Virus record (IMG/VR): IMGVR_UViG_3300008255_000130
DNA from: an uncultured virus (IMG/VR IMGVR_UViG_3300008255_000130)
Taxonomy: Duplodnaviria; Heunggongvirae; Uroviricota; Caudoviricetes
Strand: one strand, 5' to 3'
Length of the DNA: 64,000 bases
Shown here: one piece after another, positions 59,442 through 64,000 of the stretch
Layout: every line of letters begins with the position of its first letter
Numbering within the stretch: the stretch's first letter is position 1
Program-made: the position numbers and the translations under genes
Notes under the pieces: model-generated
Database searches by the model: none
Seen by the model: only the letters and a program-made list of their open reading frames with translations
What the model was told of the DNA's origin: nothing

Positions 59442-60799
59442 TGCAAAATTTTGGAGTTAAACAGGGGATAACATATTTTCTCACTGGTTCAACATTAAAG
59501 ATATTTAATAGTAATCTTAATGGCATAGCTCCATCAAATGCAGTAGGTGTCAATGGAGATACATTTAATGATACCTCTACAAATAGAACCTATAAAAAAA
59601 CTGGTGGTCTTTGGGAAACTTTTGGTCTTACAAGACAACTAGAAACTCTTATCACTCCTGGCCCAAATGGCGGAATAGTTTTTAGTAATAATGGACAATT
59701 TGAAGTATCTTCAAGATTCAAATATCTAACTTCCGCAGACGATGGTTCAGATGTATCTCTTGGAACTAAAGGATTAATAAGACACTTAGTTCCAAGTTAT
59801 TCGCCAAACGGTAGATTTGAATTTAGACCGGATTTGAATCTTAATAATATTTTTATAGTTCAAACTGAAAATTTAATATCTACTAATGATTTTGTGTTTC
59901 AATTACAAACAACTGGTAATACTCAGTGGGCTATGCTGGAAGCATGGAATACAGGTGGTCTTAGTATTGGTTCTGGTGGCTCTGGAAATAATTCAATAAG
60001 ATTTGATTTGGCAAGGGCCAACATAGCAGAGTTAAAAACTACAGCATTTGAAATAAAAACTAATATAGATATTTTTAATAATCGTATGATTAATCTTGCT
60101 GATCCTATAAACGATCAAGATGCAATAAATAAAAGATATCTTGAAGATGCTATTTATAATCCAAATAAACCTACAATTATTATGGATGATTTCATGTCTG
60201 CATCTACAACAAATAATGATATTGGCACTCTTGGTTGGAAAACAAATGGTAGTGGTAACAGTACTAATGCGGCATATATAACACCAGGACATCCAGGTGT
60301 ACATACAAGAATCCAACGGACTAATAACTCTTGGGTTTCAATGTATCTTGCTAGAGTAAATGGCGAACAAGTAATCAATTTTCAAAATTTTACAAAGATG
60401 ATTTGGATTGTAAAAGTTCAGAATGATGTGGCAAATTTGGGGGCAAATATTGGATTGTTTTCACAAGGAAACAATAACAACGCCAATAACAATCTTGTTG
60501 GATTTCAAAAATTAAATACAGATACAAACTGGTTTGCTGTAAGTAGATTCAACTCTCTTGAGACTAGAGTAAATACAGGAATAGCTGGTAGTTTAAATTG
60601 GATTAAATTTGAAGTAATTAAAACCCCTACAAATTTGCTTTATTATATAGATAGTGTATTAGTTGCAACTATTACTACTAATAGACCAACTTTTGATACC
60701 TTATTTAATGTTGGTTTTTCACTCTTTAAAAACGGTGGGCCAAATATAAACTTTTCTATAGATTACTTTTCAATGAGGATGGATTCAAGTGACAGATAA
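59441..60799 (+). CDS. tail fibre protein with lectin-like C-terminal domain
   Basis: same N-terminal module as 58338; RMINLADPINDQDAINKRY shaft motif; YYIDSVLVAT. Confidence 0.7.
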   Translation: MQNFGVKQGITYFLTGSTLKIFNSNLNGIAPSNAVGVNGDTFNDTSTNRTYKKTGGLWETFGLTRQLETLITPGPNGGIVFSNNGQFEVSSRFKYLTSADDGSDVSLGTKGLIRHLVPSYSPNGRFEFRPDLNLNNIFIVQTENLISTNDFVFQLQTTGNTQWAMLEAWNTGGLSIGSGGSGNNSIRFDLARANIAELKTTAFEIKTNIDIFNNRMINLADPINDQDAINKRYLEDAIYNPNKPTIIMDDFMSASTTNNDIGTLGWKTNGSGNSTNAAYITPGHPGVHTRIQRTNNSWVSMYLARVNGEQVINFQNFTKMIWIVKVQNDVANLGANIGLFSQGNNNNANNNLVGFQKLNTDTNWFAVSRFNSLETRVNTGIAGSLNWIKFEVIKTPTNLLYYIDSVLVATITTNRPTFDTLFNVGFSLFKNGGPNINFSIDYFSMRMDSSDR

Positions 60800-61502
60800 T
60801 ATTTACAGAGTAAATACAACAAAAGATGGAAGTATAGATTTTCATACACAACAAGAGGCTGATGATTTTATAGTATTTTATCAAGTCACTCAAATAGAAG
60901 ATGTACCAAAAGAAATTAATTCTAAAGTAACTAAATATGCTGTAGTAACTCAAAATAATCAAATTCTATTTGATACAGAGCAAGAACGAGCCACATATAT
61001 TGAAGATAATGAATATGTAGAATTATTAAATGTAGAAATTAATGAACCAATTGATATAACAGAATATAAGTTAATCCACAATAATGATACTTTAACTTTC
61101 GATACAGAGCAAGAACGAACTACATATATTTCTCAAATAAATGCTTCTATTGAAATATTTGAACCTACTATTGATAACTCTGCTATTATGTATTCAACTA
61201 TAGAAGATGTTTTAACTTCTGCTATAAACTTTGGTCAAAAACTTATGAAAGATTTTATAATAGAAAATATAACTCTTGGGATAACTCAAAGAGGATTAAC
61301 TTCTCATGTAAGAAAAATAACTTCTGAATTAATCACTTGTTTAAACACAGGCTCTCTTTACGATGCTATATCTGAAATAAAACTAATTACCCCTGCTAGT
61401 CTTGATCCTGTGATTCTTAGTGAAGCTAGAATGCTTTCTTTTAGAAATAAAGTTCACGAATATCTTGGATTACCTCTCGTTACAACTTGGAATCAACAAT
61501 GA
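60789..61502 (+). CDS. fibre-associated protein with three internal repeats
   Basis: FHTQQEA, FDTEQERATYI, FDTEQERTTYI. Confidence 0.65.
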   Translation: MTDNIYRVNTTKDGSIDFHTQQEADDFIVFYQVTQIEDVPKEINSKVTKYAVVTQNNQILFDTEQERATYIEDNEYVELLNVEINEPIDITEYKLIHNNDTLTFDTEQERTTYISQINASIEIFEPTIDNSAIMYSTIEDVLTSAINFGQKLMKDFIIENITLGITQRGLTSHVRKITSELITCLNTGSLYDAISEIKLITPASLDPVILSEARMLSFRNKVHEYLGLPLVTTWNQQ

Positions 61503-62110
61503 ACAAAAAACTCTTCAATTTTTTTAGACCTTATTTTTTAATTTTGATAAGACCTCTTATAATATATCTTGGTAAACTAAAAATGCCATATACAAGTAAA
61601 ACTCACGTTTTAAGACATTTTTATTATATTGTAAAAACAATAAAACCTGGTGATACTATTCTTTCTATTAGTAGAGGACATTTTTCTAATTTACTTTTAT
61701 CAATAGTAAATAGAGGCTTTTATAAACATTCAGCTATTTATATAGGTGTTGAGAATGGAATACCTATGGTGGTTGAAGCAATTAGTGAAGGCGTTGTAAA
61801 AAAAAGTTTAATTCATTTTTTAGCTGATAAGGATGAAGTGGCTTTTATTAGACCCAATCCAAATATAGCAGATTCAGAAACTATTTATTTATCAAACAAA
61901 TGGTTAGAAAAACAAATAGGTAAACCATACGATTATAATTTTAGTTTTAACAATGAAGATTTTTATTGTATAGAATTAAACTTTTTCTATTACAAAGCAG
62001 GAAAAGAAGATATAGAATTTACTAGAGCATATAATAGTAAAAATGAAATAAATCCAAATGATTTTTATTATGCAAAAAAATACTTTACAACTTATTTCGA
62101 GATTAAATAA
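61499..62110 (+). CDS. permuted NlpC/P60 papain-like amidase (YiiX/YaeF family)
   Basis: KPGDTILS, GFYKHSAIY, VEA..EGV, IGKPYDY.F, FYCIEL. Confidence 0.88.
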   Translation: MNKKLFNFFRPYFLILIRPLIIYLGKLKMPYTSKTHVLRHFYYIVKTIKPGDTILSISRGHFSNLLLSIVNRGFYKHSAIYIGVENGIPMVVEAISEGVVKKSLIHFLADKDEVAFIRPNPNIADSETIYLSNKWLEKQIGKPYDYNFSFNNEDFYCIELNFFYYKAGKEDIEFTRAYNSKNEINPNDFYYAKKYFTTYFEIK

Positions 62111-62120
62111 ATATACTCTA

Positions 62121-62753
62121 ATGGAAACTTATAATTTTAAAGAATATTATTTAGCGTCTAAGATCGTAAACGAAACATTTTTTAACTTTGAAAAGAATCA
62201 AAGTTATAGTGAAGAAACTATAGACAAGCAAAATCTCGAAAGCGCCATTGAATATGGCAAAAATTCTTTGAAATTAGACTTAGCTTTTGTTATTAAATTT
62301 GGATTAGGTATTGGCGGATTATACGAACCACTCCAAAGATTTTATGCAGGACAAGGTATTACATTTTCAGAGCAAGAATTAATTTTACTTGCTGGATCAT
62401 TGCTTGGTACTCTTACAAAAGAAGACTTCGTTAATTCAAAAAAAGCAATAGATAAAATACTCAAAGGTAAAAACAAATTAAAAAAATTAGCCTCTGCATC
62501 GCTTCAAGTATTTAGAGGTCTTATGAAAAAGATTCAAGGACAACAAATGCTTGTGACTTATTCTTTTGTTCTTGTGCCTATTATGGAAGCAATCAACAAA
62601 ATATCAAATGGAAATATGAGTTCTGTTGATGCCACAACAATCAAAAATATTGCACTTGGCATGGCTATCAACTTTAGTATTTATGCTGGTTCAAGCAAAC
62701 TTAAAACAGTTTTCAATTCTCTTAAAAATAAATTTAGTAGTAGAAAACAGTAA
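62121..62753 (+). CDS. hypothetical protein with capsid-targeting-like leader and hydrophobic helices
   Basis: METYNFKEYY; TAAATATAC just upstream. Confidence 0.6.
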   Translation: METYNFKEYYLASKIVNETFFNFEKNQSYSEETIDKQNLESAIEYGKNSLKLDLAFVIKFGLGIGGLYEPLQRFYAGQGITFSEQELILLAGSLLGTLTKEDFVNSKKAIDKILKGKNKLKKLASASLQVFRGLMKKIQGQQMLVTYSFVLVPIMEAINKISNGNMSSVDATTIKNIALGMAINFSIYAGSSKLKTVFNSLKNKFSSRKQ

Positions 62754-63942
62754 CCATTTCAATAATTACTCCAGCATCAGTAGCAATTGTAATTGGAACG
62801 AAGTATTTAACATATCTCTCTCCAAATATTGAATTCAATAAATAATTATCTACGTCCGATGTAAAGTTTGGCCCTGTAGGAATTCTACAAGTTATAGTTA
62901 CATCTATTTCTTGACCTGCATTTATTAGAGTCGGAAAAGTAGGAATGCTATCCATGATAACCATATCATGTAAATCTCCGCTTCCGCCAGAAATCGCAAC
63001 TCCGGGTATCTCTATGTTTTGTAGCTCCATTGGTGCATTGCCAGTATTCTTAATTTTTAAAGTAAATGTTCTTGGGTCTATTAAATTTGGTGAAGGCGAT
63101 GCAACGTCAAATCTATCAAAAATAAACTCAAAATTATCGTTTACTTTCTCAGTCACTAATATTGGAGCTGGTACAGCATTTACTGTAAATTGATAATTAA
63201 AATTAAATATAGGTACTTTTGGATCGTTTGTTTCGATTGAAACAATAAAATCTCTTACAGTCTGATCGACAAGAGTATAATCAAGAGTGACTTCTACTTC
63301 ATCAACATTTGGAAGCAAAGAATCTTCAATATCTGTGATGTTTACTGATTCTCCTGGCCCAAGTAGAAAACCACCAATGTTCACACTACTAATATCTAAT
63401 CTAGAAGTTCCTTTATTTTTAATTTTAAATTTGAATTGACCAGCAACCGTAGTAACGACATCTGATCCAATGTAAGTCCCATTGTTTGGAATAATTACTT
63501 CACTCAAGTTTGAAACTTCTATAATTGGAGCTGGTGTTGGTTGTAGATTCCAATTTAATTTCCATTTAGCCACGAAGTTTTGTCTAAGCATATTGTAAGC
63601 TGAGTTCATGTAATCTGATTTCTGACCCGCAGAAAGGATATTGTTTGTCCAGTTTGTTTCGATGTTATTTATAGGATCAATAGTTGTGTAATAGTATAAT
63701 CCAACAGATTCTTGAGAAAATGTAAGCTGTTGGAATTGAACAAGAGTGTAGGAATAACGGCTTACATTTTGAAAAATAGAATTATAGTTGTAAGCAAAAA
63801 TCATAATAAATCCATCTTCTTCTGGTTTCTTACTTGCTACAGTAATAGTAGAAATTAAACCTTTTTCAAAATAAATTTTCTTTTGATTTTGTAAGTCTTG
63901 TATTAGTTCAGAAGGATATTGATATTGATAAAATGTACTCAT
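62734..63942 (-). CDS. Ig-like (ASH/choice-of-anchor D-type) domain protein
   Basis: two repeats FKIKNKGTSRLDISSV / LKIKNTGNAPMELQNI, IETND. Confidence 0.7.
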   Translation of the reverse strand: MSTFYQYQYPSELIQDLQNQKKIYFEKGLISTITVASKKPEEDGFIMIFAYNYNSIFQNVSRYSYTLVQFQQLTFSQESVGLYYYTTIDPINNIETNWTNNILSAGQKSDYMNSAYNMLRQNFVAKWKLNWNLQPTPAPIIEVSNLSEVIIPNNGTYIGSDVVTTVAGQFKFKIKNKGTSRLDISSVNIGGFLLGPGESVNITDIEDSLLPNVDEVEVTLDYTLVDQTVRDFIVSIETNDPKVPIFNFNYQFTVNAVPAPILVTEKVNDNFEFIFDRFDVASPSPNLIDPRTFTLKIKNTGNAPMELQNIEIPGVAISGGSGDLHDMVIMDSIPTFPTLINAGQEIDVTITCRIPTGPNFTSDVDNYLLNSIFGERYVKYFVPITIATDAGVIIEMVTVFYY

Positions 63943-64000
63943 AAATTATATTTAGTTTTTTCTTTAGAAAACCAAAGCATTTTTCTTTGACTTGTTTTAA

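Noticed and set aside
756..63193. Short antisense or nested ORFs in the track (e.g. 756-962, 1748-2071, 6356-6631, 19879-20310, 56509-56811)
   Set aside because: Shadow frames of well-supported genes, with no motif support
1..64000. tRNA, rRNA, integrase, IS elements, capsid/terminase/sheath genes
   Set aside because: None recognised by eye; intergenic space is minimal. A tRNA/Rfam scan of 1198-1781 and 5057-5231 would be the decisive check

Overview
AT-rich (by eye <30% GC), densely coding, almost all plus-strand segment of a large contractile-tailed (T4-like/jumbo) phage genome. Lipobox signatures hint at a spirochaete host, possibly Leptospira-like (inference only). 1-14.7 kb: small genes sharing a T4 capsid-targeting-like N-terminus (including a Mesh1/SpoT-type HD hydrolase and a ChaB-like protein), four perfect sigma70 promoters upstream of one very acidic protein, gp46/gp47 (Rad50/Mre11), a tubulin/PhuZ-like GTPase, a stand-alone Hint-like protein, several nucleases and a gp2-like protein. 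14.7-46.7 kb: baseplate hub, tape measure, tube initiator, gp53/gp5/gp25/gp6/gp7/gp8-like proteins and tail fibres. 46.7-64 kb: accessory, lysis and fibre region with a duplicated Cys-cluster module, a metalloprotease lipoprotein, thioesterase, patatin, SGNH hydrolase, spanin-like pair, a three-gene PP2C/STAS-like/GHKL-kinase (SiaABC/Rsb-like) module coupled to a holin and a C39-like endolysin candidate, more virion proteins and an Ig-domain protein. The best candidates for new biology are the phage-encoded partner-switching module in the lysis cassette and the capsid-targeted cargo set. All family calls come from motifs read by eye; no searches were run. Some reading-frame breaks sit in homopolymers and may be sequencing errors. 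No rRNA, tRNA, CRISPR or IS element was recognised.
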